A DNA stretch of 64,000 nt from a virus, in the IMG/VR virus record IMGVR_UViG_3300033146_003076, positions 14,864 to 78,863 of that record. One strand, written 5' to 3'. Below, piece after piece: positions 51,196 to 60,585 of the stretch. The translations under genes and the position numbers were made by a program. Under the pieces are notes generated by a model. The model was not told where the DNA came from. It did no database searches and saw only the letters and a list, made by a program, of their open reading frames with translations. Position 1 is the first letter of the stretch. Every line of letters starts with the position of its first letter.

Positions 51196-51309
51196 TTGCT
51201 TATAGCTTAGTTTGGTCAGAGTGTTGGTTGGGTGATGTATTAATCACGACTAGGTTGGTAATACACAACTGAAGTTCCAAAGACGTGAGTTCAAATCTCA
51301 CTAAGCCCT
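51196..51309 (+). tRNA. tRNA(-like) gene, probably Phe(GAA), with 40-nt insertion at 30/31 and imperfect acceptor stem
   Basis: TAGCTTAGTTTGGTCAGAGT D-arm, GTGAGTTCAAATCTCAC T-arm, GCTTA/TAAGC acceptor; removing 51228-51267 gives TTGGA-CTGAAGT-TCCAA. Confidence 0.6.
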
Positions 51310-51384
51310 GTCATAAGTGTAGGAGAAATTCGAACAATGAGGCGTCAGTTCACGCCTACAATTTCATAAGTAGAGGGAAAGAAG

Positions 51385-51840
51385 ATGAAAATAATTGAAA
51401 CAAAATTAGAAAAAAAGATATATGATGATGTTGAAGAAACAGAAGGTGACAGTTTAAGAATAGCACGAAAAGGTATGAGTTTTTTCTTAATTGATGCAAA
51501 CGATAATAAAATTACAAAAGATTATGATAGAATATTAAAATTAAATAATGTAACAGGTTTGAGAAAAGTTAAAACAAAAGATGGATGGTTCTTCTTTAGT
51601 GCTGTTATAAACAAACAAGTCGGAGAAACATTTAATCGTTTGTATGAATTCGAAAAAGATGGTGTAGCTTTAGCATTAATATCCAAACCTACAGATGAGG
51701 AATTCGGATATAAATATGTTTTAGCAGATTTAAGAGGTAATGTAATTAGTAATGAGTATGAAGCTATAGGTCAGCTAAGTGAAGGTAAGCGAATAGCATC
51801 AATTGGTGATGATGAGTTTGAATTAATAGTTGAAAAATGA
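51385..51840 (+). CDS. WG/KWG-repeat-like protein
   Basis: FFLID..., YVLADLRGNVISNEYEAIGQLSEG repeats. Confidence 0.55.
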   Translation: MKIIETKLEKKIYDDVEETEGDSLRIARKGMSFFLIDANDNKITKDYDRILKLNNVTGLRKVKTKDGWFFFSAVINKQVGETFNRLYEFEKDGVALALISKPTDEEFGYKYVLADLRGNVISNEYEAIGQLSEGKRIASIGDDEFELIVEK

Positions 51841-52288
51841 GAGCAAGAGAAAATGAAAATGGGAAATAAATCAGGAAGTAAATATGCAACCTTGGCTGAG
51901 GCCATGAATGATACTAAGAATTATTATTTATTGGCTTATCATACAAAGATAAGTTTAATTGATTGGTCCTCCATTTTCAAAGAATTAAAAGAAAGGATAG
52001 TGTTGATAAAATGAAATGTCGTCGTTGTAAAAAAGAAATTGAAAAAGATTTAAAACCTATTTTAGCTATGTCTGCTATATGTAGAGTATATAATCCTAAT
52101 CATTTATGTAGAAAATGCAGGAAATTAAGTAATACAAATCGTAGGTTGGTATAAATGGAATTAAAAAATATAAATTTACTAGTTTTATTTTTGTGTTTAA
52201 CTTTTGTTGTATTTACATTTATAATATTCTGTGTGGAGTTTTTATAATGGAATATGTAAATGGAAAAAGAATTGAGGGGGTGATGCCT

Positions 52289-53374
52289 ATGTCAAAAACA
52301 ATTAAATTATTTGAAATGTTTAGTGGTTTTGGTGGGGCTAGTTTTGCTTTAAAAAAAGCTGGGATAGATTTTGAATGTGTTGGTTTTTCAGAAATAGATA
52401 AGTTCGCTATTCAATGCTACGAGCAGAATCATTGCTTCAAGTTTCCGGATTGCCTTCGAGGTGAAGTGATAAGACCACCTAACTTTGGTGATTGTACGAA
52501 AATAGATCCTAATGATATTCCTAATTTTGATTTATTGACTGGTGGTTTTCCTTGTCAATCTTTTAGTACTGCTGGTAAAGGGCTGGGTGAATTAGATACA
52601 AGAGGAACTTTATTTAATGAAATTATTCGAATTGCTGAAGTTAAACAACCTAAATATATGTTACTTGAAAATGTAAAAGGATTAACTAATAAAAAACATA
52701 AAGCCACTTTTGAAAAGATTTTAAGTGAACTTAAAAGAATAGGTTATAATGTTCATTGGGAAATATTAAATTCTAAAAATTATGGTATTCCACAAAATAG
52801 AAACCGCATATTTTTTATGTGTTGTAGAAGAGACTTAGTTTATACAAATAATTCTATGACTTTTCCAGAAAAAGAAGAACTTAAAATATTTCTCAAAGAT
52901 ATTCTTGAGGATGATGTTGACGAAAAATATTATTTAAAACAAGAACAGATTGATAGAATTCTTAATTCAACTTTTCATCAAGAAAAATTAAGAATTCAAG
53001 ATAATAAAATTTCTAGTACTTTATTAGCTAGGGATTATAAAGATCCAAAATGTGTTAGAATTACTGGTTTTTATGATAAGCCTGGTAAAACTCATCAAGC
53101 AGGGAGTATTTATGATAAAGAAATGATTTCTCCTGCTTTAGATACGGCTCAAGGTGGAAATCGTCAACCTTTTATTGCTACATCGAAAGGATTAATCAAA
53201 GATGATATTTTTTCAATTCGTAAATTAACCCCCACAGAATATTTCAGATTAATGGGTTTTTTGAATGATGAGATTAATTTAATTGGATTATCAAATTCTC
53301 AGCGATATAAAATTGCTGGAAATGGATTTGATGTGAATCTTGTTAGTAAAATATTTAAGGAGATGTTTTTATAA
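52289..53374 (+). CDS. dcm: DNA (cytosine-5)-methyltransferase
   Basis: FSGFGG, SEID, GFPCQSFS, ENVKG, PQNRNRIF, RKLTP, AGN. Confidence 0.95.
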   Translation: MSKTIKLFEMFSGFGGASFALKKAGIDFECVGFSEIDKFAIQCYEQNHCFKFPDCLRGEVIRPPNFGDCTKIDPNDIPNFDLLTGGFPCQSFSTAGKGLGELDTRGTLFNEIIRIAEVKQPKYMLLENVKGLTNKKHKATFEKILSELKRIGYNVHWEILNSKNYGIPQNRNRIFFMCCRRDLVYTNNSMTFPEKEELKIFLKDILEDDVDEKYYLKQEQIDRILNSTFHQEKLRIQDNKISSTLLARDYKDPKCVRITGFYDKPGKTHQAGSIYDKEMISPALDTAQGGNRQPFIATSKGLIKDDIFSIRKLTPTEYFRLMGFLNDEINLIGLSNSQRYKIAGNGFDVNLVSKIFKEMFL

Positions 53375-53474
53375 TGGATTTTGATAGTGATAGTCGTTGT
53401 ATAATGTGTGGAAAGTATAGTCACGGTTATAATAAATTTTGTCCTGACTGTTTAAAGAAGTGGGGTGGTTAAAT

Positions 53475-54023
53475 ATGGGTGAAGAGAAATTAGATAATGA
53501 TGATAAGCAGATGTTGTTTGACTTGGCTTCTAAGGAGCTTGGCACCGATACTGTTATAACTAAAGAGAATTTGGCTAAATTTGATGAAGTTGGTCCTGCT
53601 AAACGTGGCCGTCCTTCTTTGTCTAATGATAGTTCTGTTAATCTTCCTCGTGGTGATTCTTCTTTTGATAAACCTTCTCCTGGTTTCATGCATCCAGACC
53701 GAGAATTATCTTCTGACGAGTTCCATAAAATTTTTGACAAAGATTATAAGGATGAATTAGATTTGTATAAGCGTATCCATGTTGTAAAGGAAGCTTTTTT
53801 TGAGGTATTTAATAATTGTGTTGATATATATTTTAAACAGGTTAAACATAAATATGGTAATAGTGGTGTAATTTTTGTTCCTACTCGTTATATTGGCAGT
53901 AATTGTACTGTTATTGTTTGGCCTAAGAATGGTGATGATCCTCGTATAACTAATATACGTGAAACCATGTTAAAAATGAAGGAGGCTGAAGTTTATGCGG
54001 ACGTTAAAAGAAATAATTCCTGA
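53475..54023 (+). CDS. Hypothetical protein with AT-hook-like KRGRP and DUF2080/AbrB-like domain; candidate small terminase
   Basis: KQVKHKYGNSGVIFVPTRYIG; overlaps TerL start. Confidence 0.5.
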   Translation: MGEEKLDNDDKQMLFDLASKELGTDTVITKENLAKFDEVGPAKRGRPSLSNDSSVNLPRGDSSFDKPSPGFMHPDRELSSDEFHKIFDKDYKDELDLYKRIHVVKEAFFEVFNNCVDIYFKQVKHKYGNSGVIFVPTRYIGSNCTVIVWPKNGDDPRITNIRETMLKMKEAEVYADVKRNNS

Positions 54024-55404
54024 TGGTATGAGTGAATGTGAGTTTAGTGATCGTTGTTTTTTAGATTTAGATTTTTTCATGGTTCATGTCTTGGGTTTCC
54101 AGGTTAAAGATTTTCATTCTGCTATGTTAAATTCTCCTTTCCGTAGTAAGCGTATTTTAATTAAAGCTAGTCGTGGTTTTGGTAAGAGTACTGTTATGGC
54201 TTTGGTTTATCCTTTGTGGATGTTAATGTATAAACCTTCTTGTGAGATTATGTTTACTGCTAGTGAGACTCGTCAGGCTGAGCGTTTGTTACGTAATGTT
54301 GTTGACGAGATTGAAGATAACGAATTTTTGTGTGAATTAAAACCTTCAATTCCTGATGTTTGGAGTAGTCGTCAGATTAAAACTTCTAATGGTTGCAAAA
54401 TTTGGTGCCGTAGTTTCACTAAGAGTTTGAAAGGTTATCATGTTGATTATTGTTTTGTTGATGAGGTCCAAGACATTATTGACCGTGTAAATTATTATGA
54501 TGGTGTTTTACATATTGTTGGTAATAAGAATGGTGTTATTGTTGCTGTTGGTACTGATAATGATCCTGCTGATATGTTGAATGAGTTATATAATAAAAGT
54601 GAGTATTACACTTTAAAGATTCCCATCTTAAAAAAGGACGGTGTTCCTATGTGGCCCGAGAAATATCCTATTGAGAAGATCCAGGCAATTCGTCATGATG
54701 CCGGTGAAAGTTCTTTCCAGCGTCAGTGTATGTTAAATCCTAATGCTTCTTTTGAGGAGAGTATTTATTCAACTGAGTGGGTTTCAAATTGTTATGATAA
54801 TACTGTTGGTTTTGTTAGTTGTAAACAGCATGAAGGTAGTAGTGTTTTCATTGGTGCTGATTTCGCTATAAGTAGTGCTAAGTGGGCAGATTTTGATGCT
54901 TATACTGTTGTTGAGAAGTTTGGTGGTTTCATTCGTTTACTTTATGCTGAGCGTCATAAAGGTTTACCTAAAGATGCTAAAAAGGAGCGTTTACGTCAAT
55001 TATATAAACAATATTCTGCTAATAAGATTATTCTTGATCCTGCTAATGTTGGTGAGGGCATTTTACAAGATTTGCGTATGGATGGTTTCATTGTTGAGTC
55101 TGGCGAGTTTCATGCTCGTGCTCGTAATAAGATGTTGGTCAATTTGGTTAATATGGTTCAGCCTGATGAGAAGACTGGCCGTAGTATTTTACAATTACCA
55201 CGGAACCCTGATGACTTGTCTTGTATGACTTATACTAATATTTTAACTAGTGAGTTGATTGGTTTTCGTGAAGTTAAGAGTGCTTCTACTGGTATGACTA
55301 GTATTCAGTCTAGTACTGCTCATGATGATACTGTTATGAGTATGGCTTTGGCTTGTAAGGCTGCTGATGAAAGTCGTGTTTGTGGCGATATGATGGCTAT
55401 GTAA
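53995..55404 (+). CDS. terL: Terminase large subunit
   Basis: KASRGFGKS Walker A, FVDEVQD Walker B, IGADFA and HDDTVMS nuclease motifs. Confidence 0.95.
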   Translation: MRTLKEIIPDGMSECEFSDRCFLDLDFFMVHVLGFQVKDFHSAMLNSPFRSKRILIKASRGFGKSTVMALVYPLWMLMYKPSCEIMFTASETRQAERLLRNVVDEIEDNEFLCELKPSIPDVWSSRQIKTSNGCKIWCRSFTKSLKGYHVDYCFVDEVQDIIDRVNYYDGVLHIVGNKNGVIVAVGTDNDPADMLNELYNKSEYYTLKIPILKKDGVPMWPEKYPIEKIQAIRHDAGESSFQRQCMLNPNASFEESIYSTEWVSNCYDNTVGFVSCKQHEGSSVFIGADFAISSAKWADFDAYTVVEKFGGFIRLLYAERHKGLPKDAKKERLRQLYKQYSANKIILDPANVGEGILQDLRMDGFIVESGEFHARARNKMLVNLVNMVQPDEKTGRSILQLPRNPDDLSCMTYTNILTSELIGFREVKSASTGMTSIQSSTAHDDTVMSMALACKAADESRVCGDMMAM

Positions 55405-55492
55405 TTTTTTCTTATTTCTTTTTTTTACCGTGGTATTTGTGATATGGTTACTTCTACTTGTGCAAAGATATATATACTAGTTCCGTTATAAC

Positions 55493-55771
55493 ATGATTAT
55501 GGCTACTACTCTCTTATCAAAAATCTTTACTTTTGTCACGAAATGCTATAAGTTTAGCCATCCATTTTTCATTGAAATCTCCAAGTTTGTTTTTATTCTT
55601 TTCTTTTATGGTTTCCTTCTAAATTTCATAAGTTCAATATTTTTCTCATATTCCTTTTCCTTTTTCCGTGTTTTATCTTTTGGTGTTGTGTATTACTTTT
55701 TCAAGATTGAGTTCCCTTCAGTTTTCCTTTCATGTTTTCCAATTCGATTTAATAATAAAAATAAGAGATAG
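55493..55771 (+). CDS. Small membrane protein
   Basis: Two hydrophobic helices; TATA-like element at about 55465-55476. Confidence 0.4.
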   Translation: MIMATTLLSKIFTFVTKCYKFSHPFFIEISKFVFILFFYGFLLNFISSIFFSYSFSFFRVLSFGVVYYFFKIEFPSVFLSCFPIRFNNKNKR

Positions 55772-55777
55772 ATAAAA

Positions 55778-57067
55778 ATGAAACCTATATTTGATATGTT
55801 ATTGTCTGGTAATGTTGCTAGTTCTTCCTCTAAATTTCTTTCTGGTGCATCTGCTGGTGTTCCTTCTTCAACCCGTGAAACTCCTAAACAGAAGCGTGTT
55901 GGTTTAAGTGAGTTAGAATTATGTTATATGGCTGACCCTGTAATTTTTAATGGTGTTAATAAGATTGTTGATACTATAATGAGTGGCAAGATTTCTATTG
56001 TTGCTAAGGATAGAAAGGTCCAAAAATATTTTGACAATTTTGTTAAAAATTTAGGCACTAGTGGTGCTACTAATAGTTGGCGTGATTTGTTAACTTTAAT
56101 TTTCAAATACCAATGTATTTATGCTCGTGTTCCTGTCGAGAATGTTATGAATAAGCGTAAAAACCGTGTGGTTGATTGGGACATATTTGATCCTAAACAG
56201 ATTGATTATGCCAAGGATGATATACAAAATATTGTTCTTGACGATTTCAATAAACCTGTGGGTTATTTCCAATTATTGAGTTATGGTAATCTTGATTCTT
56301 CGGGCGAGAAAAAAATTGCTGTTAATTCTCTTCAGCCTTTGCCCCCTAAAGTTTCTCGTCCTTCAAGTTACCCTAACTCAATATTCTTTCCAAAAAATAA
56401 AATTTCTTTAATAAAATTTTCCAGTGTTGGTGACGGTTTTTATCCTATTGGTTTAGTTGAACCAATTTATAAGGCTTCTCTTCGTAAGATGAATGTTGAA
56501 GAATCTTTGGCTAGTGCTTTGTATCGTATGGGCAATCCCATTTTATGGGCTAAACTTGGTGATCTTTCTCATGAACCAACTCCCAATTTGATTAAAACTA
56601 TGCTTGATAAGTTAAAGAATTTATCTTCTCGTAATGAGGTTACTACTCCTTATTATTACGATTTAGAATATTTAAAATCTGACATTGATACTGGTGTCCG
56701 TGACAATTTGGATTATTATATAAATCAGGAAGTTGCTGGTTTGGGTATTCCTCATTCTTATGTTACTGGTGGTGCTGAGAATGCAAATTCTGCTTCTTTA
56801 GGTAATCAGTCAACTATGTTTTCTTTAACTATTAAAAATTTGATTAGTGCTACTACTTCTTCAATTGAGAAGGAGATGTTTGCTGTTATTTGTAAGTATG
56901 AAGGTTTCAAAGAGATTCCTAAATTAATTATAGATTTGGATACTGATGATGAGTTAAATGATCGTGCTAAGCGTTTATTTCAATATTGTCAAGCTGGTCT
57001 TATTACTTATAGTAAAGATATTGAGAATGTTATACGAAAGTCCGAGGGTTTACCTTTAAAAAAATGA
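55778..57067 (+). CDS. Portal protein
   Basis: 429 aa after TerL; Y..DPVIFNGV, YPIGLVEP, AGLGIP motifs. Confidence 0.85.
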   Translation: MKPIFDMLLSGNVASSSSKFLSGASAGVPSSTRETPKQKRVGLSELELCYMADPVIFNGVNKIVDTIMSGKISIVAKDRKVQKYFDNFVKNLGTSGATNSWRDLLTLIFKYQCIYARVPVENVMNKRKNRVVDWDIFDPKQIDYAKDDIQNIVLDDFNKPVGYFQLLSYGNLDSSGEKKIAVNSLQPLPPKVSRPSSYPNSIFFPKNKISLIKFSSVGDGFYPIGLVEPIYKASLRKMNVEESLASALYRMGNPILWAKLGDLSHEPTPNLIKTMLDKLKNLSSRNEVTTPYYYDLEYLKSDIDTGVRDNLDYYINQEVAGLGIPHSYVTGGAENANSASLGNQSTMFSLTIKNLISATTSSIEKEMFAVICKYEGFKEIPKLIIDLDTDDELNDRAKRLFQYCQAGLITYSKDIENVIRKSEGLPLKK

Positions 57068-59067
57068 GTATACAAAATTTCCTTGAGGTAAAAGATTGTG
57101 TAATTATCAATTCTTCTTGTTTGAGTCGTGTTTTATCTGGTTCTCGGTCTATGTTAATTAATCCTTTATTAGTTCGTGGTGTTGTTAATCGTTTTGTTTA
57201 CTTGGTATCTGGCACTCTTTGTTATGGTGTTATAACTTTGGTTAATCCTTCTAAATTAAATTTAAAAGAGTTTGATTCTTTGTTTGAGTTTCATAATATT
57301 TCTAAAGAAAACTTATCTAAGTGGTGGCCTTCTAAAGAAGTTTTGTTTGGTTATGATATTAATGTTATAAAATTGTTTGATTCTCCTCGTGAGATTATTC
57401 ATTCTTTGAAAGATAACAAATTATTACAACATTTTGAGTTTAAAGATAATGTTGAAGTTCCTGTTTTAGATTTTTCTGATTCTGATGTTAATGTTTTAAA
57501 ATCCATGCTTGATTCTTTGGAAGATTATTCTTGTACTTCTCCTGGTGTCAGTAAAAAAGAAGTTGACGCTTTGCGTAAGAAGTATAATTTAATGAGTGAT
57601 CGTTCAGATTTAGATTTTGGCGAGATTGATATTGATTATGCAGAATTAAAGTTCACTTATCATGAGTTTGATAATATTTTTGAGGCTGTTGAGCATATGT
57701 TTGTTAATGATAGTTCTTTTATTGTTGAGCAGGACCAGTCTGGTGTTACTTGTACTTTGGTTAAACAAGGCGACCTTTGCAAATTATATTATACTAATAA
57801 GCTTGATATAACTTCTTATTTCCCAGATTTAATGAAACAAGTGCGATTATTGTCTAGTTCAGATTTCGCTTTAGATGTTCGTTTATGTATTCCTGATAAA
57901 TCTAAGAAAGCTATTGATATTATTATCAAATCCCAAAAAAAATTTTCTTCTGACGTATTTTTACATGTTATTGATTGTTTATATTTTGGTTCTGATGTCC
58001 GTAATCTTCCTTATGTAAATCGTAAAAAACATTTGAATAGTTTATCTTATACAAATAATATTATTGAGAGTCCTTATTTTGTTGTTGAAAATCAAGAACA
58101 ATTAAAAGAGAGTTATAATATAATCAATATGTTAAGTGATGAAGTAATTGTTACTAGTAATAATAAGTCTGATGCTTATTTAGTTTCTGAAGATTTATCT
58201 TCAAGTTCTATTAGTAATCATTCATATTTTTCAAAACAATCTGGTCCTATGTTTTATTTCCTTGGTTTTTTAAGTTGTGATGGTCATGTTGATGTTGACA
58301 CTAACCGTGTTGAGATTCATATTGCTAAGGATGATTCTGAGATTATTAAAAATTTCCAAAAAGCTTTAGGTGATAATCGTGATATTACTAATGGTTTTTT
58401 AAAATTCAAATCTAAAGAGTTGGTTAAAGATTTAGCAAAATATGATTTAACTAAATTGAAACCTTTACGTCGAACTTTTAATAAGATTCCTTCTTCTTAT
58501 AAGTGGGATTTTATTCGTGGTTGTTTTGATGCTGATGGTACAATTTTAAAAGAAAAATTACAATTTGATTCTGGGAACCGCCCTATGGTACGTTGGTTAT
58601 ATGACCAGTTTAAGAAAATAGGTGGTGATGATGTTAAATACTATAATTACGACTCTACATCAAAATGTACAGTTTATAAAAATTCGGTTAATGAAATTCA
58701 TTCTAAAATATATTCTGGGGGTCGTCCCTATTTATCGAGGAAAAAAAATTATTTGTCTGGTAAAAATTCGGTAGAACATTCATCTTCTGATGTTGATTCT
58801 GTTAAAGAAACTTCTCCTGAATCTATCCCCTTATCTCCTCGTCGTCGTGTTTTAAGTCCTGGCGTTATGTTTTCTGTTGAGGACATTATTCGTTTTGATA
58901 AAATTGGTGATAATTTCAAGATTTATTTAATTAAATCTTATAATGCTTTTGTTGTTAAGACTACTAATAATTTTGGTAATGGTGTTGATGAAGTTATGGA
59001 ATATTACCGTTTTAATACTATAGAAAAAGCTACAAGTGTGTATGAGGAGATTTACAATGGATTTTAA
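57064..59067 (+). CDS. Fusion: ASCH-like + inactive ATP-dependent ligase-like + LAGLIDADG endonuclease
   Basis: FIVEQDQSG (no motif I Lys), DITSYFPDL, VIDCLYFG...LPY..RK; FLGFLSCDG and FIRGCFDADG. Confidence 0.7.
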   Translation: MSIQNFLEVKDCVIINSSCLSRVLSGSRSMLINPLLVRGVVNRFVYLVSGTLCYGVITLVNPSKLNLKEFDSLFEFHNISKENLSKWWPSKEVLFGYDINVIKLFDSPREIIHSLKDNKLLQHFEFKDNVEVPVLDFSDSDVNVLKSMLDSLEDYSCTSPGVSKKEVDALRKKYNLMSDRSDLDFGEIDIDYAELKFTYHEFDNIFEAVEHMFVNDSSFIVEQDQSGVTCTLVKQGDLCKLYYTNKLDITSYFPDLMKQVRLLSSSDFALDVRLCIPDKSKKAIDIIIKSQKKFSSDVFLHVIDCLYFGSDVRNLPYVNRKKHLNSLSYTNNIIESPYFVVENQEQLKESYNIINMLSDEVIVTSNNKSDAYLVSEDLSSSSISNHSYFSKQSGPMFYFLGFLSCDGHVDVDTNRVEIHIAKDDSEIIKNFQKALGDNRDITNGFLKFKSKELVKDLAKYDLTKLKPLRRTFNKIPSSYKWDFIRGCFDADGTILKEKLQFDSGNRPMVRWLYDQFKKIGGDDVKYYNYDSTSKCTVYKNSVNEIHSKIYSGGRPYLSRKKNYLSGKNSVEHSSSDVDSVKETSPESIPLSPRRRVLSPGVMFSVEDIIRFDKIGDNFKIYLIKSYNAFVVKTTNNFGNGVDEVMEYYRFNTIEKATSVYEEIYNGF

Positions 59068-59791
59068 AGATAAATATATTTCAAATACTGTTAAATCATG
59101 TCCTGATAAAAGGGATCATCTTTTAACTTTGTCTGGCAAGAAGATTCCTTCTTGTTATTTAATTAAGCATGATGTTCCTATTCGTTCGCAAAAAGGCATT
59201 GGTTCGTGCTGCTCGCATGCCGTTGTTCGTGCTGTTGAGATTCAGATGAAAAAGAAACGTAATCATTTTGTTGAGGGGAGTGAATTATTTCATTATTATA
59301 TGGCTCGTAAAAATGTTAATAATGATTATCCTTATGATAAGGGTATGAGTGTTCGTGATGGTTGTAAAACTATGCAAAAATATGGTTCTTCTTTGGAGAT
59401 GTTATGGCCTTATATTACTAAGCGTTTTAATACTGCTCCTTCTTTAGTTTCTAAATGGTGTGCTGGTTTAACTAAGGCTAAATCTTATTCTCGTGTTCGT
59501 CATTTATCTCAATTAAAGGAATGTATTAGTGATAATGTTCCTATCGTTTGTGGTGTTAGTGTTGACACTAATTTTTACAAATTATTACGTAGTGGCAAGA
59601 ACAATTTATGGTCCCCTGGTGGAATTGTTAATGGTGGTCATGCTGTTATTGTTATTGGTTATGATGATGATGAAAAGGTATTGTATTTAGAAAACTCTTG
59701 GGGCACTCGTTTTGGTGATAAGGGTTTATTTAAGATTGATTATGCAGATTTTGTCAATGTAAGTTTTGACTGGTTTGCTTTAAATATATGA
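59057..59791 (+). CDS. Papain-like C1 cysteine peptidase
   Basis: QKGIGSCC, GHAVIVIGYD, ENSWG..FGDKG. Confidence 0.92.
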   Translation: MDFKDKYISNTVKSCPDKRDHLLTLSGKKIPSCYLIKHDVPIRSQKGIGSCCSHAVVRAVEIQMKKKRNHFVEGSELFHYYMARKNVNNDYPYDKGMSVRDGCKTMQKYGSSLEMLWPYITKRFNTAPSLVSKWCAGLTKAKSYSRVRHLSQLKECISDNVPIVCGVSVDTNFYKLLRSGKNNLWSPGGIVNGGHAVIVIGYDDDEKVLYLENSWGTRFGDKGLFKIDYADFVNVSFDWFALNI

Positions 59792-59801
59792 GGTATATAA
59801 A

Positions 59802-60020
59802 ATGGAAATATTAAATTATTTAATGAAACACAGTGTTGAGATTGTTGCTATTATTGGTGGTGGTATTACTGTTGCTACTATGATTGCTAGATTAACTCCT
59901 ACACAAGAGGATGATAAGTTTATTGAAAAGTTCCGTAAATTTTTCGAACAGATTAGTAATGTATTTTTACCAAATATTGGTGTAAAGACTGCTAAAGTTT
60001 CAAAATCTAAAAAAAGGTGA
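59802..60020 (+). CDS. Holin-like small membrane protein
   Basis: Single TM, IARLTPTQEDD motif, basic C-terminus. Confidence 0.55.
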   Translation: MEILNYLMKHSVEIVAIIGGGITVATMIARLTPTQEDDKFIEKFRKFFEQISNVFLPNIGVKTAKVSKSKKR

Positions 60021-60172
60021 GAGGTAAGAACCCTGGCAAATTGAATATATCTTATGCTGATATACGAACAATTATTCTTATGACTAAAGAAGGTTGTTTT
60101 CGTTCTGAGATAAGTGATGCAATTTCCAAAAGTAAACAAACTGTTTACAATTATCAAAAAAAATTTTGTTAA
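60017..60172 (+). CDS. Small HTH protein (51 aa, not in ORF track)
   Basis: GTG start; ...RSEISDAISKSKQTVYNYQKKFC. Confidence 0.6.
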   Translation: MRGKNPGKLNISYADIRTIILMTKEGCFRSEISDAISKSKQTVYNYQKKFC

Positions 60173-60178
60173 CTAAAA

Positions 60179-60580
60179 ATGGCTGAAGAGTTACAAACAC
60201 AAACAAAAGATGGTACAGTACAGAAAAAAGTTATGTCTATTGCTAGTGGTATCCATGGATATAATCTTACTGATCAACTTTTCAAACCTTTGTTAGTTGA
60301 TGATGATGGTAAACTTGTTGTTAGTAGTAGTGGTGGCAGTAGTACTTCAGATTTAAAAAGTTACATTTTGAATGATTATGAGGTTGCTTCTGCAACTTTA
60401 ACTTATTTAGGTAAAGAGAAGAGTGATGGTACTTGGTTGTTAGTATCTATTGATGGTTCAACTGGCCAGTTTCGTTTTGCTAATGTTAGCAATAATTCCT
60501 CTTTAACAACTTACACGACTGCCTATGCTGCTCGTGCAACTTTAACATATGATGTATTAGAAAACTTAACGGGGTTGTGA
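60179..60580 (+). CDS. Virion structural protein
   Basis: PLLVDDDGKL, TYLGKE..DGTWL motifs seen in phage structural proteins. Confidence 0.55.
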   Translation: MAEELQTQTKDGTVQKKVMSIASGIHGYNLTDQLFKPLLVDDDGKLVVSSSGGSSTSDLKSYILNDYEVASATLTYLGKEKSDGTWLLVSIDGSTGQFRFANVSNNSSLTTYTTAYAARATLTYDVLENLTGL

Positions 60581-60585
60581 TTATT

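Noticed and set aside
51318-51360. Additional tRNA after 51309
   Set aside because: Only a short TGTAGG/CCTACA stem with an internal hairpin; no cloverleaf
58200-58800. Second intein around the LAGLIDADG domain
   Set aside because: No N-terminal Cys/Ser block A, TxxH block B or terminal HN-C/S/T found
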